Positions 13,027 to 25,881 are shown, counted from the first letter of the stretch. The stretch is 64,000 nucleotides of DNA from Tubiluchus corallicola (GCA_030141605.1 JAQGDQ010000927.1:1-64000), one strand, 5' to 3'. Program-made: numbers and translations. Notes: generated from the sequence alone by a model not told the origin.

Positions 13027-13570
13027 CAGTAACCCAGCATAACTCAAATCCAACCGAACCGAAAAAAACTTTGAGTTAGGCGATGTCGACCATTTTCTAG
13101 CATAGAAACTCTAAACCCGTCCTCCAGACGATGAGCTAAATAGAAGGCAGAAAGTCAACCCTTCCATACATAAACAACGAGATTTGATGACAATTACATA
13201 AAGAATATGAAATTATGTAGCGAAACACAATTTTTTTTATGTTACAAAAAGACACGTACACAACACTGTTAAACAATATGACAGTAAGATTATCAACGTC
13301 TCGTAAGGCGCGACTTGCAAGTCATCAGAATCTTCCGGAAGACGACAATGTTCCGAGTTGTACGAAACTTTTCATTTTTTTAGTGTATAAATTGCATTTT
13401 TGACTTAGGCGTAGTAAATTACACGTATTTTCATTAAATGCACCATAACTTTTTGAGTTATGCGAAATTTGCGTTAAGAGACGTTTTTTGTGGCAAAAAT
13501 GGAGGATTTCATCCGTTCCACTGAAAGCAGAAATTCAGTTATGTGATTTTAAGTTATGCGGAGTTTACAG
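13027..13570. mobile_element. pogo/Tigger-like MITE
   Basis: TA|cagtaacccagcataact ... agttatgcggagtttacag|TA imperfect TIRs. A similar terminus occurs at about 7630. Confidence 0.6.
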
Positions 13571-13801
13571 TAATTTGCTTCAGTGGTTTTTAAGGTGATG
13601 ATAGCTTAGTTATGGTTAAATTCATAAATACACATGCACATGTATAATGTTGCCACTTATTTATGTATTACTACAACCTTAGATAACGAAAATGCTACAG
13701 AAAAGTGATTTCGGTTGCCATGACGATAATCTAATGCCATACCGGTAACAAATGAATTACTCACCAGTCTATAAAATAACATTTTCTAAATTGAGTATTA
13801 C

Positions 13802-13937
13802 CAGCAGCAATGGCTCCTATCAGCGGACACAGTGTGAGCTGGATTGGGTAGTTCCAGGGTGAAATAATTAGTACCACACCAAGTGGATCCGGGTGGATGT
13901 ACGCGGAATCCAGCATTGTGGCATACGTCTTACTCAC
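13802..13937 (-). CDS. ALDH3: ALDH3 exon ([46 protein letters not shown])
   Basis: ttttccag acceptor, 136 nt, G|gtaata donor. [13 protein letters not shown] motif. Confidence 0.95.
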
Positions 13938-14044
13938 CTGGAAAATTGAGTCCGTAGATTTTGAACAGATACCACAAAAACTTTTTCATAAAATATACAG
14001 TGTTTTTATTTAATTTTATCAGGATCGCTACGGGCAAATGAAAT

Positions 14045-14150
14045 AATCGAGTGGTCACGATAGGAAGCTTAGCAACCAAAGTTATGCATTACTGAGCCTG
14101 GTTATTAAATGGATGGGTAACCAGCTGGAAAATGCCTTATCACCTGCAGC
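14045..14150 (+). mobile_element. SINE-like relic with 5S rRNA-like segment
   Basis: aagttatgcattactgagcctggttattaaatggatgggtaaccagctggaaaat resembles the 5S internal control region (GAAGCTAAGCAG..GGGCCTGGTTAGTACTTGGATGGG.GACC). Related copy at about 27427-27525. Confidence 0.55.
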
Positions 14151-14204
14151 AACTTATCCTGTTCATATTTATCAAATATAATGTGTGCACACCCAATAAT
14201 CTTT

Positions 14205-14590
14205 TCACAGTTCCAGCGATTGATGATGATCATGAAAAGGTCAAAGGTCAAGTGTACCAAACAACGCATTTGTATACACTCGACAACGCTTCACAGCTTA
14301 TGCTACTGTAATAGTAACAGTTTTAACAGGTATCTATAATCTTACCTAGTTCATTTTTTCTTGTTCCAAGCAAGAACCTGCTAGTAAATCACCCTACACA
14401 CAGACTAATGCATAATTAAGTAATGTCCACGTGAAACAATTGACATTACTAAACTGATGTGGCAGACGGCTTTGTTTTACACCCACACGTAACGCGACAG
14501 TTGTAATTAAGACGGGTTGCTGTGGTACAATTGTGTTGTAGCAACCGTGTGTGCACACAACGAAACTGTAAAAAGGTTATTATTGCGCCT
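14205..14590 (+). mobile_element. Dispersed repeat family D, second copy at 44125-44510
   Basis: agcgattgatgatgatc...aagtgtacca.acaacgc...cttacctagttcatttttt...ctgatg.ggcagacgg shared in the same orientation. Confidence 0.85.
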
Positions 14591-14718
14591 AACACACCTT
14601 TGTAAGTTAATGCATTACCTTAGCTGATTATTTTTATAACGAGGGAGGTTTCTATGCGACTGTAGTCATCTACATTGAATACAAACTCTAACTTACTGAA
14701 CGTGCTAATTATTATTAT

Positions 14719-15288
14719 AGGAAAACCAGATGATTATTTAAACTCAATGAAATTTTAATTTACTGTCCAAAATATACATTTTCTTACCTATAAAAGTTTG
14801 TAACTGTTTCTCATATTTTAATAATTAGCTTAGAAAGTTAATTAATGGCAACCGAACTCAGCTATTGCTTACGTCAGAAACTAACCACAGCTTGTGCAAT
14901 AACAGGCATCTTCCCTTGTGCATCAAGCACATTTGCGTGAGTGTTACTGTTTAAACGCATGATGTCACGAAAAATGAGCTCTACATCATATGATGTCAGA
15001 TAACACTGCAGTTCATGATCATGGTTATCATGACACCGCCTTTTATTTGTCGGTCACGCGCACGTGACAAAAAGGTGCCATTGCCAATCCTAGTAGATAC
15101 ACTATGCCGCATAGCCCTAGCAAAAAGAGTGACGAGGTAGCTTTGAAAATTTAATAAGATTTAACTATCCGAGGAAATTATTATTTAATCTAAGCTTTGA
15201 TTTAAGAAACGCTGTGGTAGTTTTCAATAGCTTAGAGCATTCTTTATTTTGAACTAATGATTACAGCAATCGTCCGGTTTTCCTTTAA
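14719..15288 (+). mobile_element. Kolobok-like MITE family C
   Basis: TIR aggaaaaccagatgatt / aatcgtccggttttcct|TTAA. Homologs at 44832 (inverted) and 63449. Confidence 0.75.
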
Positions 15289-15419
15289 ATTTACACGACG
15301 TTGACAACAGGTACAAAAATGAGAATGAAAAAGGCAGTAAAGATCTTGTCAAAATAACGTGCTATAAAAACAATTAATTTATAAAAAAATTATGCCAGAA
15401 GTCATGATAGAGCAGGTAC

Positions 15420-15515
15420 CTTCTGTGGAGAAGTCCATTTGCGCAAGTTCTGCAGACAATAAACAAGATCATTCTTGCAAAAGTCAACTTCAAAAACTAA
15501 CGACTCAAGTTTCGG
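15420..15515 (-). CDS. ALDH3: ALDH3 exon (PKLESLVFEVDFCKNDLVYCLQNLRKWTSPQK)
   Basis: ttttctttaatttag acceptor, 32 codons, AAG|gtacct donor. Fills the expected gap after DLHK. Confidence 0.9.
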
Positions 15516-16224
15516 CTAAATTAAAGAAAAAAGCAGAAGCAGTAAGAATTAGAACACAATCTCTACTTTTTTCTACAAACATTATTACACATTGTTTTTT
15601 TTTAAATTTTAATGCACTAAACAAGAAAATTTAAAGGACACAAAGTCCCAGATAAGAGTGTACAGTTAATAACTACCACTCAGAAACCTGGTTTGGCCCG
15701 GAGTCTCCTAAAATTCAGCCATACATCTATGCTTCAGTCAGATTTTTGAAAAATTCTGAGATCTCCTAATTTCGACTATTGCATTAAAATTTAAGTGAGT
15801 GGATCTTGCATGCCGTTGAACGTCAAGAACTAAGCTAAAAACAGCGGACTCTCTCTCAAAGTAAAATAGAAACTTATTAGATTAACTTTAAACAGTTACA
15901 TGCCTTCATCATTTAATCCCATCTAGATTTTTTTCTAACTTTATTTCAGTTTAGCTTTAATTCACACAACTTAAACTGTGTCCAGAAATCTCAGAAACGT
16001 AAGAAATGCATAGGACTGGGACGGAACTCCAAAAATAGATGTATTGCTTGCACTTTTGTAAGTTTTAGGCTATTAAAGTTTTTTTAGAATCTAAAATCAA
16101 CAAGTTTGTTTGTACAACTTTGTGGTTTAATTTTCTTGATTTTTGTTTCTGAAAAAACCTCGTTAGACGTCTCCCAGGCCACAACCCTTAGCTGACCATT
16201 GTCTCCTGGTTTCAGTTGGTGACG

Positions 16225-16690
16225 AGGAGGCAATCCTTGTAAAAGACTGACAAGCTAGCAACCCTAGCAAAAGAGTAATGAGGTGGCAACCCTAACAAAA
16301 GAGTAAGAAGTGGTAACCCTAGTAAAAAGAGTAACGGAGTGGCAACCCTAGTAAAAGAGTAATGAGGTGGCAACCCTAGCAAAACATTTACGAGGTGGCA
16401 ACACTAGTGAAAGAGTAACAAGGTGGCAACCCTTGTAAAACAGGGATGAGGTGGCAGCCCTAGCAAAAAGAGTAACGAGGTGGCAACCCTAATAATAGTG
16501 ATGAGGTGGCAACCCTAGTGAAAGAGTAACGAGATGGCAACCCTTGTAAAACAGTGATGAGGTGGCAACCCTAGTGAAAAAGTAACGAGGTGGCAACCCT
16601 TGTAAAAGAGGGATGAGGTTGCAGCCCTAGCAAAAAGAGTAATGAGGTGGTAACCCTAATAAGAGTGACGAGGTGGCAACCCTAGTAAAA
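16225..16690. repeat. Degenerate ~28-29-bp minisatellite
   Basis: Unit gaggtggcaaccctagtaaaagagtaa(t/c), about 15 copies. Confidence 0.93.
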
Positions 16691-16706
16691 GATTCGTTAT
16701 GCAAAC

Positions 16707-16850
16707 CTTGTGCAAGTCGTTGTTCAAAGCATCGCACAGCTTCCCTTCGTTTTCTTCCAGGAGCCGTTTAAGATTAGTCAACTGAGCGTGACGATAGTTG
16801 ACACTCCTTGTTTTACCCGAGTTAAAAGTGTCACGTAGAATCTTCATCGT
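16707..16850 (-). CDS. ALDH3: ALDH3 exon (TMKILRDTFNSGKTRSVNYR...DALNNDLHK)
   Basis: cag acceptor, 48 codons, AAG|gtttgc donor. FxSGKTR...DLHK is the typical ALDH3 N-terminus. Confidence 0.93.
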
Positions 16851-17104
16851 CTGTAATATTAAATAAAAGATTTCCATCTGATTTTTTAGAAATAATTGCT
16901 AACATTTTGAAATTAGATTTGGAATCTAAAACTTCAAGCATATACATAAGTATGCTAGACGAATTCATGGATGATGGTTCAACTATTGCTTACAAAATCT
17001 AAAATCTAACATCTAGTCTGGAAATAGATTCTAAATTCCAACAAGCAAACAGACATTTCAAAAACCATTTCATATTACTTTTTCAGTGTATCTCAACATT
17101 CAAA

Positions 17105-17322
17105 AACAAACAAACAACAAACTAAAGAAGTGTATCTTGACAATCGACAAACAAACAATGAACTGAAGAAGTGTATCTTGACAATCGACAAACAAACAAT
17201 GGAGTGAAGAAGTGTATCTTGACAATCGACAAACAAACAATGGATTGAAGAAGTGTATCTTGACAATCGACAAACAAACAATGGAGTGAAGAAGTGTATC
17301 TTGACAATCGACAAACAAACAA
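17105..17322. repeat. 41-bp minisatellite, 5 copies
   Basis: Unit aagaagtgtatcttgacaatcgacaaacaaacaatggagtg. Confidence 0.95.
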
Positions 17323-17400
17323 CGAATTTTGTGTTAATAATTATTTTGTTAATAAAAGCATTAAAATATAGAAAATAAAATAAAACAATAAAAAATTCAC

Positions 17401-17481
17401 CTCCGTAAGTTTACTTTGGAAACTTTGGGCATCTTCTACTTGTATTTCTGTAGCATCAACAGCTTTATCAACTTCCATCAT
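17401..17481 (-). CDS. ALDH3: ALDH3 first coding exon (MMEVDKAVDATEIQVEDAQSFQSKLTE)
   Basis: ATG at 17481 just after a tcag/cag acceptor. 27 open codons, GAG|gtgaat donor, phase 0 matching the next exon. Not a conserved region, so support is from splice signals only. Confidence 0.7.
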
Positions 17482-17811
17482 CGCTGCTGAGTAAATATAT
17501 GCAAATATAAACAAATTCATGCAAAAGTAAAAATACTACAACATACTAGATATGATTAAATCATTATATGTAATTACATGGATATTTTTAGTTTTATAAT
17601 TATAAAAGAACAATAAATAATTGCATGATTTACATACAAAAAATCGCCGCATTCGAAAGCTGAATTTTACCAATGTCATACACCCACTCTGTACATGCTT
17701 GGACAGAGAATAATATCCATTACTTGCAAATCCACTGTACAACAACGGGCAGTTGCGCGTATACTCATATTTTGATACACCAGACAAAAGCGGGAGGTGT
17801 CAGTCCAAATT

Positions 17812-17995
17812 TTCCAAATGTCCGTATTTACTGATACTAAGCTAACACAGTAGGGGCCGTGTATTAGACTCAGAGTAATGCAGAATCAATTGCCTAATTG
17901 TCTCAAAAACATCTAGTGTGCCCTTGTCCAAAAGTATATAAAACTTGTCGGCAATTGACTCAAATAACTCTGCATAATTGACTCTATATTTTTTC
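17812..17995 (-). mobile_element. Dispersed repeat fragment, inverted copy of 865-1030
   Basis: tgtccgtatttactgatactaagctaa...ttgtcggcaattgactcaaataactc. Confidence 0.75.
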
Positions 17996-18612
17996 TGCAC
18001 ATGCTTAAATAAAACACTTTTGTGTGACCAATGAGCTTTTACTATCTTTATGTCGTCTTACTTCGCTTTAAATCACCAAAGCAATAGATATTAAACAATT
18101 AAGCTGTGTGGACGCCTCACCAAAATGGGTGAGAATCCAGTGATAAACTCAATTTTCAACTTATTCTAGCACAAATAACAAATAGCAATTCTAGAACAAA
18201 GTGTTGGTTCACACAGCAAAAAAGTGCTGCAGTGATGCTTATGAAGTACTTCAGTCTTCAGTTATAACAGTGTCGGTGAAATACATGATAAAATAAATAT
18301 TTCTTATTTGTCGTTATAAAAGTTGTATAAAACTAAAGCAATGAGGATGCATACGTGATTTGCAAATTTCGTACGCAACAGAAATTTAAACATGTTTATT
18401 CAATGCTTCAATCTGACGTCCACGCATGCACACGGTGTAATGGGGCCCAAAATTCGATTTTTCCCTTAGGGATGGTTTGGATTGACTTGGGTAATGGGGT
18501 GTTCTTGTAACCTGCAATGCACTTGTTTAGCAAATATACTCGTCAGGAATTTACTAAGCAACGCTACGGCGCACGTCATTTACTAAAGTTAGATTAGTTA
18601 CTACGTACTCAC

Positions 18613-18830
18613 TTTCATTTTCAATTCAAAGTTTCAAAACCTCTTACACTGCAATACAAATCATTATCAAAAGTACAAGCGTACACTCATTTACACGTGA
18701 ATTCATTATTTATAACTTAAACTCAGTGAGCTTCTGAATAAGAAATAATAGTTCTGTCGCATTAGTATTACCTATGGTCGCAAAGTTCAAAAATTTGTCA
18801 ACAAATTAGAGAGAACTACACAACACACGC
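18613..18830 (-). other. Candidate non-coding 5' UTR exon of ALDH3 (5' boundary uncertain)
   Basis: The first coding exon has an acceptor just before its ATG, so an upstream exon is implied. A minus-strand gtgagta donor lies at 18606-18612. Confidence 0.3.
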
Positions 18831-21800
18831 TGTTTTGACGCACTGTACATAAACGTAATAAAACGCACCGGCTAAAGTGGTTTGTATTTAATTCACTGCG
18901 ATTTATTGTATATATTGTGTATCAAATTCTAAAAAAATAATGAATGAAGATATAGTGGCCGATTCAGGACCGCCTGCTATTTTGGATTGGCTTCAAATCC
19001 AGCTTGTTTGGTAATTTTTCGAGACACACATAGCCAGGCTGACCCAAAAGCATCCGAACGATCTGTGTTCAAAAGAAAAGCTCGAGAGACCTACTAGATG
19101 TTTTGGAAGATGTTGATCATGAGTTCAACTCTAATCCCTTTTAGTTTTTTATCATTTTCCTCAAAACGCACAAGGCTTCCACACTGGGTATTGATGGCAT
19201 GATAGATTCTTTACCGACTGAGTACATTGTGTAATAAGTTGTTGTGCACTCTTCTGTTGTCTTTACAGGTGGTCGACTGGTTAAGCCAGGTAACAATTTG
19301 TAGGTGATCCTCTGCTAACAGCCCGAGTTCGAATTTCACCACCACTTGTATTTGTGCAAAGAGTTGTTATCTGTGTTATTTATTTGTGTCGTCTCAGTGC
19401 TGTTGTTATCGTTAAGAGATGCTTATAGTAGTTTATGGCTAATATTGCCTGTTTTCCCTTGTTGTCTGAAGTGGGACTATATCGACTGCATGTTTTTCCA
19501 AAAGCATTAGCAGAATTAGCTGGTAAATCAGAAGCAAATTGAAATTGGCAAGAGCACAGAGATTCAGAAAAAACTGTGCCACGACTGGGACGGCTCGAAT
19601 TTAATATAAAGAATTTGCGACACGCCTGTATGGTGAATTTTTTGGGGGTTCTTGGCAGAAATATAATGTTATACTTGTAGTAGACACGACCAACTAATAC
19701 AAACATATAATTTAGTATTTGCACGTAAAGATCCTCAGAAAGCTCAAAATTTTTATTGATAGGCCTAATTCATTACTTCTTGTGTTTTTCAAAGTAATAA
19801 TTGATAAATCAACCATCTTTTACATGCACTTTTCTGTTCAATTTCACTCTCTGCAAGTTGGAATCGAGAAATCATTAGCAGCACCTAATTGATCCTGATG
19901 CACAAACTTGTAACGATCAACGTTAGAACTTCACATATTTCTGTACTGTTTGAAAATTTGATCAAAGTTTATAACTGTTGACCTAAAAGAGCTAAAAAAC
20001 ACGGCAATGCAGTATAGGAAAAATACGAAAAAAATATTAAACACTCAACTTTTAATTTCAAGGAAACTTCAAATCGACATTTTGAAAGTGAATAACGTTT
20101 TCCAAGTATTCGTTGATTTGCATTTCAGAGCCTGTTCTTAGTGCAATTTGCTTTGAAATTATTTCAGTGCGACTGTCTGACTTTGTAAAACTAGTGAAAC
20201 GTTTTTGATTTGTTATAAAAATTTGATTTCAGGTTTGACGCCTGACCTTTCTCTAATAGACGTGAATGGCTTCAGACAACAACTGAACAGAAATAATGCT
20301 TGGCTGGTGTATGTTTTGCAACATGATAACTGTTGTGGAGATCGCTGGCATCTATTAGAATTAAATAGAACATTGTAGAATGTTCCGTTAGAATAATCGT
20401 CTTACCGCGTAGAATGTTCTGGAAAGAAACTTTTAGAAGCTTCTCGGGCACGCTATATAAGGCGAACCTAGCCGCTGGGACACACACACGCAGATTCACA
20501 TGGACGCCACTTACACATTCTCTTGTATACTTGTATTTTCAGATACACTTAAACGTTTTCCAGATTTCCACGTTTACTGTAATCATTTCGCGTTCCTTCG
20601 TACTTTCGTGTTGTAGAATTCTCGCTTAATAAACTAGTTTAATTTGATGAAGTGTTTTCTGGTTTTCTCTACGAGCCTTCCGAGAGAAACAAAACACAAC
20701 AATAACACACAGCGCTCAGAGCCGAGAAAACACTCTTTACGATATGTTTTTAGGTCGTGAGGTTTACCAAATCCACCAATCATGTTCTCCTTCACACAAA
20801 AATCCTCACACAAGATTGTGTTCACTTCAATTCAAGATGGCGGAACGAAAATCCGACATCATCAGAAACGCAGATTTCGTTCTACAGTATATTCGTTGAA
20901 ATTTCATGATCATCCATTGCAAATTAACGAAGCCCTGAGTTTTCAAAAAAAGTCTTCCTCAACAATAACAACAACATCCAGTTACAGGTGTACACTCGAC
21001 TAAATGAAATCATTTACTGGCAGTATCGCAAAATCATGAATACCTTGCACAAATTAATCAGTAACGAATTAATCAAACTAAATGTGGCCGGTTACACCAC
21101 CCATCAATGCAGCAACACCTACCTTTATAATATTTTGTTGTATGACATTGTTTACGCATAACTGATGATCTAATTATCGTATTGATTCATTGCATTGCTC
21201 TTTTTAGTTTGTATAGCAGTGGTGGTTTTAGGTTTTGCCACTAGACGACTCAGCTCACTCAGTTTACCTGAAATTAGATTATTTGGTATTCAAATACTAA
21301 ATGGCCTCGTGTTTTACCGTAATATAACTTTGTTCTAACTACCTAAGTTACAGAGTGACAGAGCTTTGCTGGTTTGTCCAAATTCGGTGTGAACCTGTCT
21401 CAAATGTCGCAAACTTTTTTCATTTGTTATAAAGATTTGATTTCAGGTTTGACGCTTGACATTTCTCTAATAGACCGTATTGACGAAGACAATGAGTCTG
21501 TGAGGAAAACAATGGTTTTGTCTGCATATGTTTATTTACTGGGAGTGGCTTTAAAATCTATGGTATAGTTAGAAATTGTTGCTTTTTATTTTGCTTATTA
21601 ATTTTTAAAGAATTCGTATAAACGTTAGTTTTACGGTTTCGGCTTTGTTCTGATTAAGCAATTTGCATAGGCGCTCAAGTGTTTCACTAGTGTCACAGAA
21701 TCACGGATTTGAACTATTGACCCCGTGCTTACAATGAGTTGTACCAATAAATGTTTAACTAAAGTACCAATTAATTATCAATACATGACTAGAATCAACG

Positions 21801-21939
21801 CAAAATCAAAGTCAGTAGATATTGTAACTCAAACAAGCATGGCTGACAACAAAATTAATATCGAACGAAATAATGATAATCGTGTTATTTAAAACCCAAA
21901 GAGCTTTTGCTGACCGTTAATAACAATAATACTCCTCCA

Positions 21940-22070
21940 AAACTGACCCCAATTTTACCCCAGGTCCAATGCGCCAGTCAGTGCAACAGGAGTACTATTT
22001 TTAAGGTTTGTAGTATGACTCGGCTGCGGTATTGAACTCATGGCCTCCCAGACGGAGTGCGGACTGACTT
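21940..22070 (-). mobile_element. tRNA-derived SINE relic (same family as 42915-43060)
   Basis: Reverse complement reads ...tgggaggccatgagttcaataccgcagccgagtcatactacaaaccttaaaaatagtactcctgttgc, with a B-box and a shared body. Confidence 0.7.
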
Positions 22071-23254
22071 ATCTTATCGCAATGATATTGTGAGTGTTTT
22101 ATGTTGATGTACCTGGATTCCTATCTAGTAGAAATAACGAAATACAGTACACCATTATGCGTGTTACCGAACTACTTTATTTACAATGCGTTCTGACGCA
22201 TTAATACATAACAGTGAGAACTTCTAAAAAGGCAACAGACAGAGAGAATTTTTTTAAAAAAAATGCGTCGCTAAACGAGTTCATGAGCAGAGAAATGGAA
22301 TCAGTTGCCGTACTTTGGCTTAAAATCATAACAGAAACACGTGTTATCACCTATAACTAGTTTAAGTATATGCAGCTGATCATTCCACTAACTCATTCAA
22401 ACCGTGCACTCATAACAGCGAAGCGACACATCCCTACTACGACAAACGAGGGAAGATAGGTAAATTTTGCAATGCTAGTGCAAAAAAGAAATTATGCTGC
22501 AACATAAGATGACATGAGATGAGATGAGATGAGATAAGATGGCTACTGTACGGTTAAGAAGAGAACACCAATTCTCCATTTGCCCAAATTTTCTTGAAAG
22601 TTTCATACTAAAATTACTATTCATGTTCCATATTTAAAGTTCTAAAGACCAATACAGTCTATTTACATTATTCAGCCGCCGATGAAAAGATAAAAACCCG
22701 AAATTTTAAAAAATATTGTTATTATTATTAAAAATATTAAACTAAAAACAGCGCTTCGATGTGTGTTGTGCACAATGCATTCTACGCTTGAAACAGCTAG
22801 AAGCGCTAGATTAAACCGCGCTCCCAAGCTAAGAAAATGCCTATAAATTGTGAAGCCAAGTGGCAACTACTTTACATTTTATCCTTGAGCAGCTGTAAGC
22901 ACGTGCTGCCCTCTGTGAAGTGAAACCCTGCGCAGCTGCAGCTTTCAGGATGGTACAGATGGGAGCAGGAACACGCTGGACGCGGTGTAGTTACTGTTGA
23001 TAACGCAGTGAAAGCGTTCTTATTTTCCGTGTGTATATAGAGATCTATATTTACTTTTCGTGTTGTACTTACACATCTGTGATGTTAGATTCTATTAAGA
23101 ATGTGACCTGCGAGATTTTCGCTTTGTAAAAAAAATTGTGCTTTCAAAGGAAAACACTATTCCTCGATGTCTGTCGGATGTAAGACATGCCGTGGACACC
23201 GTATGGCAGACTACGGCTACTTGGGCTCTTGGATGTTGTGTGTGTATCGTGTAA

Positions 23255-23620
<366 letters not shown>

Positions 23621-23729
23621 TAACCTGGACACACCCTCAGCTAAACCACATCAGCTTTTACGTGGTTTGTTTGCTAAGCAATAAACAGCGAATGATCATT
23701 AATTACGTGTCATGACATAGTATAGGGCT

Positions 23730-24845
23730 TACAAAGTGTAAGTCAAACGAAACATATGTCCCAGTGTTTGATTACTAGTATGGTTAGTGTAGGGTGCATA
23801 GAGTGCAAGTCAAACGAAACCCATGTCTTAGAGCAGTGCTTGACTACTGGAATGGTTAGGCGTACGAACTGTTAGTCAAACGAAACCTATGTCTTAGGGC
23901 AGTGCTTGACACTGGAATGGTTAGGCGTACAAAGTGTAAGTCAAACGAAACCCATGTCTTAGGGCAGTGCTTGACTACTGGAATGGTTAGGCGTACGAAT
24001 TGTAAGTCAAACGAAACCCATGTCTTAGAGCAGTGCTTGACTACTGGAATGGTTAGGCGTACAAAGTGTAAGTCAAACGAAACCTATGTCTTAGGGCAGT
24101 GCTTGACTACTGGAATGGTTAGGCGTACGAACTGTTAGTCAAACGAAACCCATGTCTTAGAGCAGTGCTTGACTACTGGAATGGTTAGGCGTACGAACTG
24201 TTAGTCAAACGAAACCCATATCATAGGGCAGTGCTTGACTACTGGAATGGTTAGGCGTACGAACTGTTAGTCAAACGAAACCCATGTCTTAGGGCAGTGC
24301 TTGACTACTGGAATGGTTAGGCGTACGAACTGTTAGTCAAACGAAACCCATGTCTTAGGGCAGTGCTTGACTACTGGAATGGTTAGGCGTACGAACTGTT
24401 AGTCAAACGAAACCCATGTCTTAGGGCAGTGCTTGACTACTGGAATGGTTAGGCGTACGAACTGTTAGTCAAACGAAACCCATGTCTTAGGGCAGTGCTT
24501 GACTACTGGAATGGTTAGGCGTACGAACTGTTAGTCAAACGAAACCCATTCTGGCAGTGCTTGACTACTGGAATGGTTAGGCGTACGAACTGTTAGTCAA
24601 ACGAAACCCATGTCTTAGGGCAGTGCTTGACTACTGGAATGGTTAGGCGTACGAACTGTTAGTCAAACGAAACCCATGTCTTAGGGCAGTGCTTGACTAC
24701 TGGAATGGTTAGGCGTACGAATGTAGTCAAACGAAACCCATGTCTTAGAGCAGTGATTGACTACTGGAATGGTTAGGCGTACAAACTGTTAGTCAAACGA
24801 AACCCATGTCTTAGGGCAGTGCTTGACTACTGGCACGATTAGTAC
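23730..24845. repeat. 66-bp minisatellite, about 17 copies
   Basis: Unit tgttagtcaaacgaaacccatgtcttagggcagtgcttgactactggaatggttaggcgtacgaac. Confidence 0.97.
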
Positions 24846-25061
24846 AGGTTACAATTTTCCAATTCTGTACAAAATTGTCACCATCAAATTCATCATTAAC
24901 ATCGTTGTCATCATCATTACCATCGTCAAAGTATCATCGTCTTCACTTTTTGTGTTTACTTCAAAGAGTGTTTATTTATTTGTTTTCTCTATTTATCGTA
25001 ATTAAGGTCACTATTCATGCTGAGCGTTTGCACAGCGTTTAAAACAGCTTTCTTATCCTGA

Positions 25062-25140
25062 GTTGGGTGACCTAGTGGTCTAGATTTCAGACTGAAATTA
25101 CGCAGTCTTGAGTTCGAAACTAGCAGCTGCCAACGTCAGG
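25062..25140 (+). mobile_element. tRNA-like SINE head or tRNA pseudogene
   Basis: A-box tgacctagtgg and B-box gagttcgaaac at tRNA-like spacing, with no clean cloverleaf. Confidence 0.5.
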
Positions 25141-25504
25141 ACATGTACACTCAATGTCTTTCGCTATTTGCGTGTTGCGTAAGTGTAGCTACGCGTTCAA
25201 ATGAGTGAGTTTTCTCTCACGAGTTTTTTCTCTTTGACAGCAAACTTGCAAGTGTGAACAGCTTTGCGAGTTACTGTCGGCAAGGAATTACAAATTCTGT
25301 GACACCAACTGAACACGCTTGTGAGTTACTTTGAATTTGAACGCGCTGTAAGTTCCTAAACAGCCGTTAGTGCTAATGTTGTGTGTTAAGCAAGCGACGG
25401 TACATTGTGTTTGTCTTTGTCTTTCGTTCTACCCTGATCATAGAGTTCTGAAATTTCTGTCTGTGGATATTTGTCTTATCTTGCACTGCTTAGTAGATAA
25501 ATAA

Positions 25505-25598
25505 ATAATAACAATGATAGTAATAATAATAGTAGCAGTAGTAATAATAATAGTAACAGCAATAGCAATGGCAATAGTAATAATAATAATAATAATAA

Positions 25599-25687
<89 letters not shown>

Positions 25688-25688
25688 A

Positions 25689-25762
<74 letters not shown>

Positions 25763-25796
25763 ATAATAATAATAATAATAATACTAATACTAATAC

Positions 25797-25881
<85 letters not shown>

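Larger units (their letters stand above)
1130..17481 (-). other. ALDH3: ALDH3-family aldehyde dehydrogenase gene span (10 coding exons visible, 3' end not in window)
   Basis: Manual splicing of 10 GT-AG exons with consistent phases gives about 378 aa of continuous class-3 ALDH sequence containing catalytic Asn (PWNYP), Glu (LELGGK) and Cys (GQTCI). Confidence 0.95.

Noticed and set aside
14045-14150. Functional 5S rRNA gene
   Set aside because: Only a diverged internal segment matches, and the 5' part is not 5S-like.
15392-15634. 80-aa plus-strand ORF
   Set aside because: Antisense shadow of the ALDH3 exon 15420-15515.
19380-19724. 114-aa intergenic ORF
   Set aside because: Non-ATG start, no recognisable domain and no convincing splice context.
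20833-20843. YY1-like CAAGATGGCGG as a promoter mark
   Set aside because: Lies next to a dispersed repeat copy, the following ORF is only 20 codons, and there is no other support.
25062-25140. Functional tRNA gene (also 19270-19345 and about 26850)
   Set aside because: A/B boxes only, and I could not pair an acceptor stem, so treated as SINE relics. tRNAscan-SE would settle it.
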